In this document: in pieces, positions 28,633 to 38,449 of the stretch | How the letters are laid out: the number at the start of each line of letters is the position of its first letter | How positions within the stretch are numbered: position 1 is the first letter of the stretch | NCBI GenBank assembly: GCA_965215505.1 | Contig: OZ244065.1 | Coordinates: 2,400,001-2,464,000 of the forward strand | Length of the DNA stretch: 64,000 nt | DNA from: Capsulimonadaceae bacterium | GTDB lineage: Bacteria; Armatimonadota; Armatimonadia; Armatimonadales; Capsulimonadaceae | Direction of reading: 5' to 3' | Position numbers and translations under genes: made by a program | Notes under the pieces: model-generated | The model's database searches: none | Seen by the model: the letters and a program-made list of their open reading frames with translations, nothing else | Told to the model about the DNA's origin: nothing

Positions 28633-30398
28633 GGAGCCGATCCTGTCTGCACCGTTGCGTTCGACCAGTCTTCGCGGGCCGGCTTGGACACGGCGGGTTC
28701 GGCGGGGCTGCGGGAGCCGTCGCCGCCGGGCTGCTCCTGGTACTCGCGCCGGACGACGGCGAGGTATGCCGCCACCTGCCGGTCGGTCTCGGCCTCATCC
28801 CAATCCAGTTCGACGGCCATGAGTTCGGCCACGGCGCGGGCGACTCCCAGCCCCTGCTCCCGGTCTTCCAAAACAAGCCGGGTGCGGCGGGACAGCACAT
28901 CGTCCAGGGTCAGCGCCATCTCGTGGCGGCAGGCATGGACGACTTCAGCCCACAGGTACGGCAGGTCAGGGATGATGCGACTGCCCAGACGCGCGTTTCC
29001 CTCGGCCAATGCCAGGACACGCCGCAGGTTCGCGCCGTAGGCGGCGCAGAGGTGGGAACGGACGTCCAAGGGCAGGTCGAGCGCACGGTCCGCGATGACG
29101 CGGGCGACGCCGGGCCAGCCCGCACTGCCGTCCAGCGGCAGGGCGCGGGTGACGGCGGAGGGCGGGCCACCGTCGCGGCGGGCGACGTGGTCCATGGTGT
29201 CCTCGGCCATCCGCCGCCAGGTCGTGAGCTTACCGCCGACGATGGAGACCATGCCTGCGGGGCCGTCTAGGACGGCGTGGGAGCGCGAGAGGGTGGCCGA
29301 CGCAGACTGGTCGGCGCTCTGGCTCTTGATGAGCGGGCGGAAACCGGCATAGGTCGCGAGGATGTTCCGGCGCTGCAACGGGACGCGCAAATAGCGGTTG
29401 CAGGTGTCGAGCAGGTAGTTGACATCTTGAGCCGTCGTCGTGGGTTCGTCCACCACCCCGCCCTCGGTGTCCGTCGTGCCAACGAGGACGCGGCTCCCCC
29501 AGGGGATGAGGAAAATCAGGCGCCCGTCTTCCGTTTCAGGCAAGACGACCGCCTTATCGGTCATGGGGAGCGCGTCGCGGGAGAAGACCAGGTGAACGCC
29601 TTTGGCCGGCTCGACCGAAAGCTGCGAGGGGAGGCCGGTCAGCTCCTCCACCCGCTGCGCGAAGACCCCGGCGGCGTTGACGACGTGGCGGGCGCGGACC
29701 GTGTACGTTTGGCCTGTTAACGTGTCCCGCAGCAGGACCGCCCCGATCTTGCCCTCCGCCATGTCAAATCCGCTCACTTCAACGTAATTGGCGGCCAACG
29801 CGCCCGACCGGACCGCCGTCCGCAGGACGGCGATCGTCAGGCGGACATCATCGGTCTGGCCGTCGAAGTAGGTGAAGGCGTGGGCCATGCCTTCCGTTTT
29901 GAGGGCCGGGGCGTCGCGCCATGCTTCGTCAAGTGCCAGGCGGCGGTGGCGGCGGATGTTCAGCCGCCCTGCCAGAATGTCATAGAGCAGCAGGCCGGAC
30001 TGGACGATGAGGTCCAGGCCCAGCCCGAACGGCGGCACGAAGGGTGCCCCGAGCGGGCGTCGGTTCCAGCGGTAGAGCGGCAGGACGAAGGCGAGGGGCT
30101 TGACGATCCAGGGGGCGTTGCGGAAGAGCAGCCCGCGCTCGACGAGCGCCTCCCGGACCAGGGCGAAGTCGAACTGCGGCAGGTAGCGGATGCCGCCGTG
30201 GACGAGCTTGGTGGACTTGCTGGAGGTGCCCGAGGCAAAGTCGCCCTTCTCGGCCAGCCCAACGCGGTAGCCCCGCGCGGCGGCATCCAGAGCCACCGAG
30301 ACGCCGGTGATGCCGCCGCCGATGACGAACACCTCCACCCCGTCCCGCGCCATCCGCTCCAGCGCGGCGATACGTTCGTGTCGAGAGAAAGCCTCCAT
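28629..30398 (-). CDS. glpD: FAD-dependent glycerol-3-phosphate dehydrogenase
   Basis: [28 protein letters not shown] and GGKLTT; ATGA overlap with glpK. Confidence 0.92.
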
Positions 30399-30450
30399 CG
30401 CTTTTCCTGTCGTATGTAGACGGATCGGTTAGAATCGATTGGAAAATCGC

Positions 30451-30672
30451 TTACATCGGCAGATAGACTTCGGGTGACGCTTCCTGCCCCAGCCCTTCCA
30501 CATAGGCGCGCGCCTCGACCGTCATGGCGCGGATGTGGCTGACATAGGCTTCGGCGATGACGGGGAAGACATGAGCGTTCTGCTCGCTCACGTCGCGTCG
30601 CAGGCCTTCGAGCGCATCGGCGGCCCACGCGATCTGCCCCAGTGCCCCTTCCAGTTGTGCCATGTCTGCCAT
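30451..30672 (-). CDS. Small hypothetical helical protein
   Basis: Fills the gap between genes in the same orientation, with plausible codon usage and a GAGAGA upstream element. Confidence 0.5.
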   Translation of the reverse strand: MADMAQLEGALGQIAWAADALEGLRRDVSEQNAHVFPVIAEAYVSHIRAMTVEARAYVEGLGQEASPEVYLPM

Positions 30673-30702
30673 GATCTCTCTGCCCGTGTCACACGGAAGC
30701 AC

Positions 30703-30734
30703 AAAAAAAGGGCGGGGACAAGCCCCGCCCCTAT
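30703..30734 (-). terminator. REP-like hairpin acting as an intrinsic terminator
   Basis: Minus strand ATAGGGGCGGGGCTTGTCCCCGCCC-TTTTTTT right after the stop at 30738. Confidence 0.75.
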
Positions 30735-30737
30735 GGG

Positions 30738-33700
30738 CTATTCGTCGTCCCCGTCGTCGAAATCCGCGCCGTCGAAGTCGCCGGCCCGGCCCGTTGGGGG
30801 GACGGGGATGTCCAGAGTGTCGTCGTCGGCGGTGTCGGCGGCGAGGATGCCGGCGATGCGGTCGGCGGGGGCGGGTTCGGACGGCTCGCCGAAGGCGGCC
30901 TGGGCGTCGGCGGTCACGTCAAGGACGGGGGCGGGCGTCCGGCGCGGGGGGAGGCCGGGGAGGAGGGTGGCGATGTCGAGGGGCGGGTCGGCGGACTCGC
31001 CGGACACCGAGGTGCCTCCGGCCAGTTTGGCCTCGCGCTCGGCGTCGCGGCGGGCGCGGGCGGCGGCGCGGCGGCGCTGCCACCGGCTGCGGCGGGCGGG
31101 GGCACCGGCGCTGTCGCCGCCCTCCTCGCCCTCGGCGGGTTCGTCCGCTTCGTCCCCGTCGGCGGGATCGCCGGGGACGGTGACGGCCTGCAACTCGGCC
31201 ACGGCCATGACGGGGCCGGTCGGGGCGGGGCTGGTGTCAAAGCCGGCCAGCAGGTCCTCCACGTCGGCGGGATCACTGAGGGCAGTCGGCGCGGGCGGCG
31301 TGTCCCGGCCTGAGCGCGGCGGGGGTGAGACGACGGGCGGCTCGCTCATGGGCGGCGCGTCGGCGACCTCAGCGGACTGGGCCGGGAGGTCGAGGCCGGT
31401 CGCGGCGGCAAGCTCGCGGCCTTCCCCCCACAGGAACAGGCGCGTGGCGCGGGCGCGGACGAAGGCGCGGAAGGAGCGCGTGTTGGTGGCGATGATCTTG
31501 TTGTCAAAGACGTCGTACACCGAGGCCTTCCGGGGCAGGCTGACCGTCCTCTGGCCCGTGGAGGAGCCGTGGATGGTCAGGGAGCCGTCCGCCCCGGCGT
31601 AAACGCTGTCATCCTGGCCGTCGTAGACGGGGACGCCGGCGTAGGCGTACAGGCCGCGCAGAAGCTCCATCGTCAGGTACGGGTCGCCGAAGAAGGCCGA
31701 CTTCCAGCCGCCTTTATGCTCGCGCGTGGCGAGCGAGGTCGCGCCCGTGGAGACGTACTCGGCCACGACGGTCGCCTGCGGGTCGGAGACGGCATAGAGG
31801 GGGTTCAGTATCTCCTCCTGGCCGATCTTCCGCGTGCCGCGGATGCGGTCGGAGATCGGGTGCTTGCCCTCGGTGAGCTGTGAGCCGCCGCGCGAGTTCC
31901 AGGGCTGCGGACGCAGGGCCAGGCCGACGACCTCGCCGACGTCCTCCGTGGAAGGGCCGTTCTCGTCGAAAACACCCGGCGCATACAGCCAGGCCAGCGT
32001 CTTGCCGGACTTTTGCAGCTTCTCGCGGATGGCGGCCCGCTCGTCCGCCGTCAGCCGGAGGGCGTTCAGGAACAGGTAGAGCTTGGCGTCGGGGAAGTCC
32101 GGGCGCGTGACGTCGCTCTGCAAGTAGAAGCCGGTCGAGGCCCCCGCGCGCAGCAGCAGGTCGCGCGTCCGGCCCACGAGGTGCGCCCCCAGGCCGTTGG
32201 CGTCGTTCTTCAGGAAGCGCAGCGAGGCCTCGTCCACCAGGACGGCCACGTCCGGGGCGGGCGGGGGGTTCGGGACGAGCCGGCCCCAACGGTCGGCCTG
32301 GGCGGTCAGGCCGCCCAGCTCGCGCCAGATGTCGGGCGAGTTGAGCCAGCCCTGCCCCCACAGGTCCATCCAGGTGACGCCCGCGCGGTGGGCGAGGGCG
32401 GCCCCGAAGTGACGCTGGTGGATGGCCTGTGTGTCCGCGCCTGACGCGATCTTGGGGTTGTAGGTGTCGTCCGTCTCGGCTTCGGCGAGGAACGTCTTGG
32501 TGTCGTCCTCGACCAGCCACAGCTTGCCGTGCAGGGCGACCGAGTCGATGGGGGCGGGGAAGGCGGCGGGGCTGCCCGCGCCGCGCCCGGCGTAGGAGTT
32601 CGGCCCGGCCACGATGTCGATGTGGGGCGACTCAAGCAGTTTCCCGAGGGCGAGGTGCCCCGAGTCGTTGCGGCCCGCGAATTCCAGGGTGTAGCCGTAG
32701 GAGGCGGCGACGATCATGCGTCCCTGAGACAAGGTCTTGATGGCCTCGGCCAGCCCGGCGATGATGCCGGCGACTAGCTCGGACGAGAACTGGGCGTAGT
32801 CCGGCCAGCGGCCCTCGCGGCGGGCGGCGTAGGTCTGCGTGTCGGTCTTCTTGACGGCGGCTGTCTTGCCCGGCCAGGCGGGGATTGCGGCATCCTCCCA
32901 GGTGATATCGGCGTCGTGCCAGGCGGCGCGCAGGGCGTGCAAGGCCTGATACTTGGCGTGGAGCCAGTTCTGGAAGGCGAGAGTGTTTGGCTGCGAGACG
33001 TCGTAGCCCGCCTCGGTGTCGTAGAACCACTCGCCCCGGTCCAGGTGGAAGCCCAGGATGCGGTCGCCGCCAGGCGTGGCGGGGTCGGCGAAGTGGGCGA
33101 TCAGGGCGTCGAGGGCGTCCATGCAGTCCGCCCAGAACTCGGTCGAGGCCAGGGACACGTCGCCCTCCTCGCCGCCCGCGTAGCGGGCCATCTGGTCGGC
33201 ATGGGTGCGCGCCCAGTAGTTGGTCGGGAAGAACTGGAGGCGCGGCAGGACGTAGCCGTCCGGGTCGGCGGTCAGTATCTGCTGGACGAGGGCATCAATG
33301 GCCCCGAACGAGCGGTCGCCGTAGGCGTTCCGGAGCGGCAGGTACATGACGCCGGAGAACAGGTGGACGCCGTTCGCCGCCGCCTCGCGGATCTGCGCCT
33401 CGACGGTTTCCCCGTCGGGGGCCGTTTCGGCGTTGACGAAGAAGAAGTAAGGCGCGTGTTCTTTGGCACCGGCCGATCCGCTGACCGAGATCTGGGCCAG
33501 GCCACGGCCCTCATGCCGGACCCGTGCCGTCAAACGCGGGGCCGAGGCCGGGCCGGCCGGCGGCAGGACGGGCGGGACGATGCGCGGAGCGTGGTAGACC
33601 GGCGCGGCGGGCGGCGGGTAGACGACGGTGTCATCCTCGTCCGCCTCGGGCGTCACGGGTTCGACAACGGTGTCGTCGAGCAGCAGGGCCGAGCCGGCCG

Positions 33701-34826
33701 CTTCCAGCATCTCGGTGGTCGGCTCCTCGTTCCCGCCCCGGCGGCGGCGCGACCGGCGCGACCGGCGACCGCGCTTGTCGGCGTCGTCGGCCTCGCCGGA
33801 GACTTCCTCGCCCTCTTCCTCGGCGGCCGCCTCCTCGACGGGGGCCTCCACATCGGGCAGTTCCAGGGCCGGGGGCGCGGGCGGTGCCTCGGCGGCTTCC
33901 CCCGCCGCGCCGCGCCGACGCCGCCCGCGCCGGCGGGACGACGGCGCTCCCTCCTGCGGCGTCTCGTCGGCGGCTTCGGCGTCAGCTTCCGGCTGGGGCG
34001 CGGCGGCCTCGGCGGGGACTCCGAGCGCCCCGGCCTCTTCCTCTTCTTCGGGTTCCGCCGTGAGGTCTGCGGTCACGGCGGGCGCTTCCGCCAGGCGGGG
34101 CTGACCACGGCGGCGGGAGGGGGGCGGGGACGCCGGCGTCCGCGCGGCGGCGGGCGCTGACGCCTGGCGGGTGCGCCCGCGTCGGCGCGTCGGCGCGGCC
34201 TCATCCGCCGACTCGGCGGTCGGCGCTTCCGGGTCGGGCGCGACGGGCGCTTCGGAAGTCAGCTCGGGGGCGGGTGCGTCCGCGCCGGGCGTGTCCTGGT
34301 TCGCCGTGCGCCGCCCACGGCGGCGTGGGGCGGGCGTCTCGGCGACGGTCGGCAGCGCGGGCGCTTCGGCGGCGGATTCCGGGGCGGCCGTGCGCCGCCC
34401 GCGCCGTCGTGTCGGCGCGGCGTCCGCAGTGGGTCCGGTGTTCGGCGTTTCCGAGTCAGGCGCGGCGGGCACCTCGGGGGCAGCCGCTTCGGGCGCGGGC
34501 ACGGCTTCGCTCGACGGTTCAGTGGTCGCCGTGCGCCGCCCGCGTCGGCGCGCGGGCGCGGCCTCCGCGGTCGGTTCGGCGGGAGTCGAATCCGGTTCCG
34601 GCGCAGCCTCTGCGGCCGGTTCGGCGGGGGAGCGTCGGGTGCCGCGCCGCCGGGTCGGGGCGGGGGCGGCCTGAGCGGGATCGGTCGAAGCGGCGGCATC
34701 GTTGGTGACGGCGTTCTGCGGGGTGTCCCCGGCGGAAGGCACATCCGAGGCCACCGGCGGCGTCTCGACCGGCGCCGCGTCTTGGGCGGGGGTCTCAGAC
34801 GCCGGGGTGCGTCGTGTCCTGGGCAT
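30738..34826 (-). CDS. GH42-like (clan GH-A) glycoside hydrolase domain flanked by long disordered Arg/acidic regions
   Basis: Central TIM-barrel-like region with GEWFY and EDDTKT, followed by a GATase-like trimerisation segment (DVAVLVDE...LYLFLNA...WLYAPG). About 430 aa Ala/Pro/Glu N-terminus with RRRGRR blocks. No signal peptide. Confidence 0.7.
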   Translation of the reverse strand: MPRTRRTPASETPAQDAAPVETPPVASDVPSAGDTPQNAVTNDAAASTDPAQAAPAPTRRRGTRRSPAEPAAEAAPEPDSTPAEPTAEAAPARRRGRRTATTEPSSEAVPAPEAAAPEVPAAPDSETPNTGPTADAAPTRRRGRRTAAPESAAEAPALPTVAETPAPRRRGRRTANQDTPGADAPAPELTSEAPVAPDPEAPTAESADEAAPTRRRGRTRQASAPAAARTPASPPPSRRRGQPRLAEAPAVTADLTAEPEEEEEAGALGVPAEAAAPQPEADAEAADETPQEGAPSSRRRGRRRRGAAGEAAEAPPAPPALELPDVEAPVEEAAAEEEGEEVSGEADDADKRGRRSRRSRRRRGGNEEPTTEMLEAAGSALLLDDTVVEPVTPEADEDDTVVYPPPAAPVYHAPRIVPPVLPPAGPASAPRLTARVRHEGRGLAQISVSGSAGAKEHAPYFFFVNAETAPDGETVEAQIREAAANGVHLFSGVMYLPLRNAYGDRSFGAIDALVQQILTADPDGYVLPRLQFFPTNYWARTHADQMARYAGGEEGDVSLASTEFWADCMDALDALIAHFADPATPGGDRILGFHLDRGEWFYDTEAGYDVSQPNTLAFQNWLHAKYQALHALRAAWHDADITWEDAAIPAWPGKTAAVKKTDTQTYAARREGRWPDYAQFSSELVAGIIAGLAEAIKTLSQGRMIVAASYGYTLEFAGRNDSGHLALGKLLESPHIDIVAGPNSYAGRGAGSPAAFPAPIDSVALHGKLWLVEDDTKTFLAEAETDDTYNPKIASGADTQAIHQRHFGAALAHRAGVTWMDLWGQGWLNSPDIWRELGGLTAQADRWGRLVPNPPPAPDVAVLVDEASLRFLKNDANGLGAHLVGRTRDLLLRAGASTGFYLQSDVTRPDFPDAKLYLFLNALRLTADERAAIREKLQKSGKTLAWLYAPGVFDENGPSTEDVGEVVGLALRPQPWNSRGGSQLTEGKHPISDRIRGTRKIGQEEILNPLYAVSDPQATVVAEYVSTGATSLATREHKGGWKSAFFGDPYLTMELLRGLYAYAGVPVYDGQDDSVYAGADGSLTIHGSSTGQRTVSLPRKASVYDVFDNKIIATNTRSFRAFVRARATRLFLWGEGRELAAATGLDLPAQSAEVADAPPMSEPPVVSPPPRSGRDTPPAPTALSDPADVEDLLAGFDTSPAPTGPVMAVAELQAVTVPGDPADGDEADEPAEGEEGGDSAGAPARRSRWQRRRAAARARRDAEREAKLAGGTSVSGESADPPLDIATLLPGLPPRRTPAPVLDVTADAQAAFGEPSEPAPADRIAGILAADTADDDTLDIPVPPTGRAGDFDGADFDDGDDE

Positions 34827-34880
34827 GATGAATTTTTTCTCCGTGCGTGAAATTGGCGCGTCTGCGGTGACGCTGACACC

Positions 34881-34909
34881 ATTATACTGGATTCCGCCCT
34901 TTCTGTCAA
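34881..34909 (-). promoter_or_regulatory. Perfect consensus sigma70 promoter
   Basis: Minus strand TTGACA-17-TATAAT upstream of ATG 34826. Confidence 0.85.
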
Positions 34910-34947
34910 AGTCTTGGCGCATTCCCTCACAGAACGCGGCGACAGGC

Positions 34948-34976
34948 TGGCAGGCGTGGAGAATCTGTGGTATGCT
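34948..34976 (+). promoter_or_regulatory. Divergent sigma70-type promoter
   Basis: TGGCAG-17-TATGCT with a TG extension. Confidence 0.45.
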
Positions 34977-35021
34977 GGAGTCGTTCCCTCATGCCATGAC
35001 CGCAAGAAAGGCAGTCCATTC

Positions 35022-37568
35022 ATGTCATCCGGTTTCCTCGACCGCGCCACGCTCCGTCTCGCCCTGACCCTCCTCGCCCTGCTGCCCTGCCTGGCCGTCG
35101 CCCCGCCCGCGCTGGCCGGGCCGCGCACCAGCATCGTCATCCCGTTCACGCCCATGAACGGGCACGGCGGGCCGCTCGTGCTGGTGCGCCTGAACGACCG
35201 CGAAACCGCCACCTTCCTACTGGACACGGGCGCGCAGGAGTGCGTCATTTCGGACACCCTGGCGCGGAAGCTTGGACTGGAGAGGGCACCGGTGCGTGAC
35301 CGGTTCGGGCGCGATTTCACCGAAGAGTCGGGGAAGCGGGTCGAGTTCGTCTCGGTCAAGAAGCTCCAAATGGGCGGAGGCATCTTCAAGGACGGCCCGT
35401 TCACGGTCATGGACCATCGAGACCTGTTCAAGCTGTCCGAGCAGGGGCTGGACGGGCTGATCGGCGCGACCCTCCTGGAGCAGTTCGTCCTGCTGGTAGA
35501 CGGCCCGCAGCACCGGCTGGCCTTGATCTCACCGGGGGGGCTGAGTGACGAGGAGGTCAATTTTATGGGCTTCGGCGACTGCCCGGCCTTGAAACTGAAG
35601 AGTGCCGCCGACTCCTACTTTTTTACGAATTCGTCTTCGCGGCTGGCCTCCTTCCTGGTGTCCCTGGACCTCCGCAACGGCGACAAGAAATCGCGGCAGG
35701 ACATCATCGTTGACACCGGCGCGGGCGACACCAGCCTCTCGTTCGGCATGGCCAAGGATCTGGGCCTGATCGCGACCGACAAGAGCGGGGCGCAGACCCT
35801 TTACGGATCCTACCTCAGCGACATCGCCCACATCGGCACGTTCAGCCTCGGCCCGCTGTCGCTGCCGGACTTCACCGTCAGCTACCCCAGCATGGACGAG
35901 GAGATCGTGCCGCCGCTGCTTGGGGAGGACGTCCTCGCGAACTGCGTTTGCGTGTTCGACTTCCCCAAGAACAAGCTCTACCTGAAGCCGGTCCTGCCGC
36001 CGCTGGCTCCCACCGTCGGCCCGCTGGACAAAGATCGCGTGGATAGGGGCCGCCTGCGCGAAGCCGCCCACGTCCCCTACCCCGCCTACGAGAAGGCCTG
36101 GGGTGGCGCGTCCTCCGCCGAAGCCGTGGACAGGCCCGCGCGCATCGCGGCCCTCCTGAAAGGCATGAAGGGCGATGACGGTGACGCCGAGGCCGACACG
36201 AAGATGGGCGAGCTGTACGACGACGACCACCAACCCGACAAGGCGCGGGCGGCATTTGAAAAGGCCGCCGCGTCTTATGAGGCGCGGGTGAAGGCGACCC
36301 CGAAAGACGCGGCCCCCCCCGCGAGGATGGCCGAGGCGCTGTGCCGGGCCGGGCACATGCCCGAGGCCGAGGCCGCCGCCCGGTCGGCGACCGCCCTGGC
36401 CCCGTCGGAGCCGAAGGCGTGGATCGCCCTGGGGCGCGTCCTGCACGCCGAGTCGCTGCATCGGCTGACCGGGCAGGACCGGGAGGCGGACATCGGCGAC
36501 GGCTTCACCGAGTACCAGGCCCTCATCGCGCGGCTCCTCAAGGACCGGCCCGCCCCCGCCGCCATCACCGAGGCGTCGGCACTGACGGCGCAGGCGCGGG
36601 CCGCCTTCGACAAGGCGGTGGCGGTCGGTCCCACCGACTCGGCGGCCTATCAGGCGCGGGCCGATTTCATCGAATCCACCGGCCTGGGGCTGGCGGCGCC
36701 GCTGCGGGAGCTGCGCGGGGGGCGTTTCAATGTGCTGCGCGAGATGTACCCGGACGCTTATTTCGCGGACGTGGAGCAGGTGGCGCGGCTCAAGCTGGAC
36801 GACCCCGAGGCCTTGCGGGGCGCCGCCGTGCTGGACGCGGACATCCCGGCCGAGCGGGGCGACAAGGGCCTGGATGACCGCGAAAGCAAGTTCTTCCACT
36901 CGCTGCCCCGCGCCTTCCGGGAGGCGGCGCAGGCGAAGATGGACCGTCTGGCCGTCCTGGGGAAGAGCGCCGAGGCGGCCAAGGCCGCCCCCGCCCTGGA
37001 AGCCCTGGGGGAAGTCCAGCACTCCGTCCTGCGCGACGACGTTCTGGCCGAGGCCACTCTGCGGCAGGCGCTTAAGTTGGACCCGGCCCGCCTGCGCGCC
37101 GTGTATGTCCTGGCCGACATCCTGACCGAAGACCAACGGTATGACGATCTGGCCGCCCTGCTGATGGACCAGCTCACTCGGGCCAATTCCGTCCAGGCCC
37201 GCCTGCTGCTGGCCCGGACGCTGGACAAGCAGGGGCAGATGGAGGACGCCCAGGCGCAGGCACAGGAGGCGTGGCGGCTACGGCCCGGCGACGCGGAGAC
37301 GAACCTCTGCCTCGCAGCCGTCCTCCTGCGCCGCAGCGGCGAGGACCCGCAGCGTCTGGGGCAGGCTGGGGAGCATCTCCAGGCCGCCGCCTCGGCGCTG
37401 GGCGACCACCCCGGACGCGCGCAGGCCGGGCGGTATGCCGTCCTGCACAGCATCTTCCTGGGCCTGTCGGGCGACCCGGACGCCGCCGAAAAGGAGACGC
37501 TCCAGGTTCTGGGCAGGAACCGTACCGACACGAGCGCGCGAGACGTGCTGGCGGCTCTGGTCCTGTAG
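35022..37568 (+). CDS. Secreted two-domain retropepsin-like aspartic protease with TPR repeats
   Basis: Signal peptide; FLLDTGA...GLIG and IIVDTGA...LLG; C-terminal TPR helices. Confidence 0.8.
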   Translation: MSSGFLDRATLRLALTLLALLPCLAVAPPALAGPRTSIVIPFTPMNGHGGPLVLVRLNDRETATFLLDTGAQECVISDTLARKLGLERAPVRDRFGRDFTEESGKRVEFVSVKKLQMGGGIFKDGPFTVMDHRDLFKLSEQGLDGLIGATLLEQFVLLVDGPQHRLALISPGGLSDEEVNFMGFGDCPALKLKSAADSYFFTNSSSRLASFLVSLDLRNGDKKSRQDIIVDTGAGDTSLSFGMAKDLGLIATDKSGAQTLYGSYLSDIAHIGTFSLGPLSLPDFTVSYPSMDEEIVPPLLGEDVLANCVCVFDFPKNKLYLKPVLPPLAPTVGPLDKDRVDRGRLREAAHVPYPAYEKAWGGASSAEAVDRPARIAALLKGMKGDDGDAEADTKMGELYDDDHQPDKARAAFEKAAASYEARVKATPKDAAPPARMAEALCRAGHMPEAEAAARSATALAPSEPKAWIALGRVLHAESLHRLTGQDREADIGDGFTEYQALIARLLKDRPAPAAITEASALTAQARAAFDKAVAVGPTDSAAYQARADFIESTGLGLAAPLRELRGGRFNVLREMYPDAYFADVEQVARLKLDDPEALRGAAVLDADIPAERGDKGLDDRESKFFHSLPRAFREAAQAKMDRLAVLGKSAEAAKAAPALEALGEVQHSVLRDDVLAEATLRQALKLDPARLRAVYVLADILTEDQRYDDLAALLMDQLTRANSVQARLLLARTLDKQGQMEDAQAQAQEAWRLRPGDAETNLCLAAVLLRRSGEDPQRLGQAGEHLQAAASALGDHPGRAQAGRYAVLHSIFLGLSGDPDAAEKETLQVLGRNRTDTSARDVLAALVL

Positions 37569-37624
37569 ATACGCCTGCAATTTTTCGCGGGTCGTCGGGT
37601 CACAGAAAGTGTGAGGCTACTTCA

Positions 37625-38326
37625 ATGGCGCATCCGAGCGAATTGGCGCAGTGGTACTATCTGATCTATCTAGTGCCGGGCGGCGTCGCCCTGCTGCTCC
37701 TGCTGCTGTCGGCCCTGGGAGGCGGGATGCACCATGCACACCACATCGGGGCCGGGCACGGGCAGCACATGTTAGGGAACCACATGTCAGGGCATCACGG
37801 GACGGGGCATCACGGGACGGGGCACCGTGCGCCCGCCGTACACGGGCCTTCGGCATCGCCGGGGCATCGCCCTTCCCTGACGGCGTTCTTCGGGCTAGGC
37901 CGCGTCCCCGTCCCGCTCGTCTGGGGCAGCGCACTTCTAGGCTGGGGCCTGTTCGGCTTCTGGGGGACGCAGTTCTGGGAGCGGCAGGGGCATCACGCCG
38001 CCGCGTTCGTCCTGCCCGCGCTGGCGACGGCCCTTGTCGGGGCGGTCTTGACGGAGAAGGCGACCGTGGAGGCGGCGGCCCGCCTGCTGCCGCGCGAGGC
38101 GTCGTCGGCGACCGATACCGTCGGCCTGTGCGGGCTGACCGGGACCGTCGTCTTCGCCGCCGACGACGCACGGGGTCGCCTCCACGTCTACGACGCCCAC
38201 GGGACGCTGCATGACGTGTCGGCGCGGGCCGCGCCGGGCCAGGGCAGGATCGCGCGCGGGCGAAAAGCTCTGGTAATGGACTACGACGCGACGCGGGATC
38301 AGGTGATCGTGGAGGAGGCACCGTAA
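37625..38326 (+). CDS. NfeD/YqiJ-like membrane protein with His-rich loop
   Basis: TM helices, FFGLGRVP, and a C-terminal OB-fold-like 'GLTGTV...GRLHVYDAHG'. Directly upstream of flotillin. Confidence 0.7.
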   Translation: MAHPSELAQWYYLIYLVPGGVALLLLLLSALGGGMHHAHHIGAGHGQHMLGNHMSGHHGTGHHGTGHRAPAVHGPSASPGHRPSLTAFFGLGRVPVPLVWGSALLGWGLFGFWGTQFWERQGHHAAAFVLPALATALVGAVLTEKATVEAAARLLPREASSATDTVGLCGLTGTVVFAADDARGRLHVYDAHGTLHDVSARAAPGQGRIARGRKALVMDYDATRDQVIVEEAP

Positions 38327-38365
38327 AGACGCGACAGACTGGCGGAGAAGATGCCGGGGAGAAAG

Positions 38366-38431
38366 AGGGCGGCCACAGGGGGCCGCCCCTACCGACCGCG
38401 AGACGTAGGGGCAGGCCCCCGTGCCTGCCCT
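38366..38431. repeat. Inverted pair of GTAG-type REPs (REPIN-like)
   Basis: AGGGCGGCCACAGGGGGCCGCCCCTAC and GTAGGGGCAGGCCCCCGTGCCTGCCCT. Confidence 0.75.
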
Positions 38432-38449
38432 TCAGCGAGGAGAAACGAC

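Noticed and set aside
30738-34826. Calling the large Arg-rich protein RNase E/G or Rho
   Set aside because: Only the low-complexity region resembles them; no S1/RNase E catalytic or Rho ATPase motifs are seen, and the core looks like a glycoside hydrolase.
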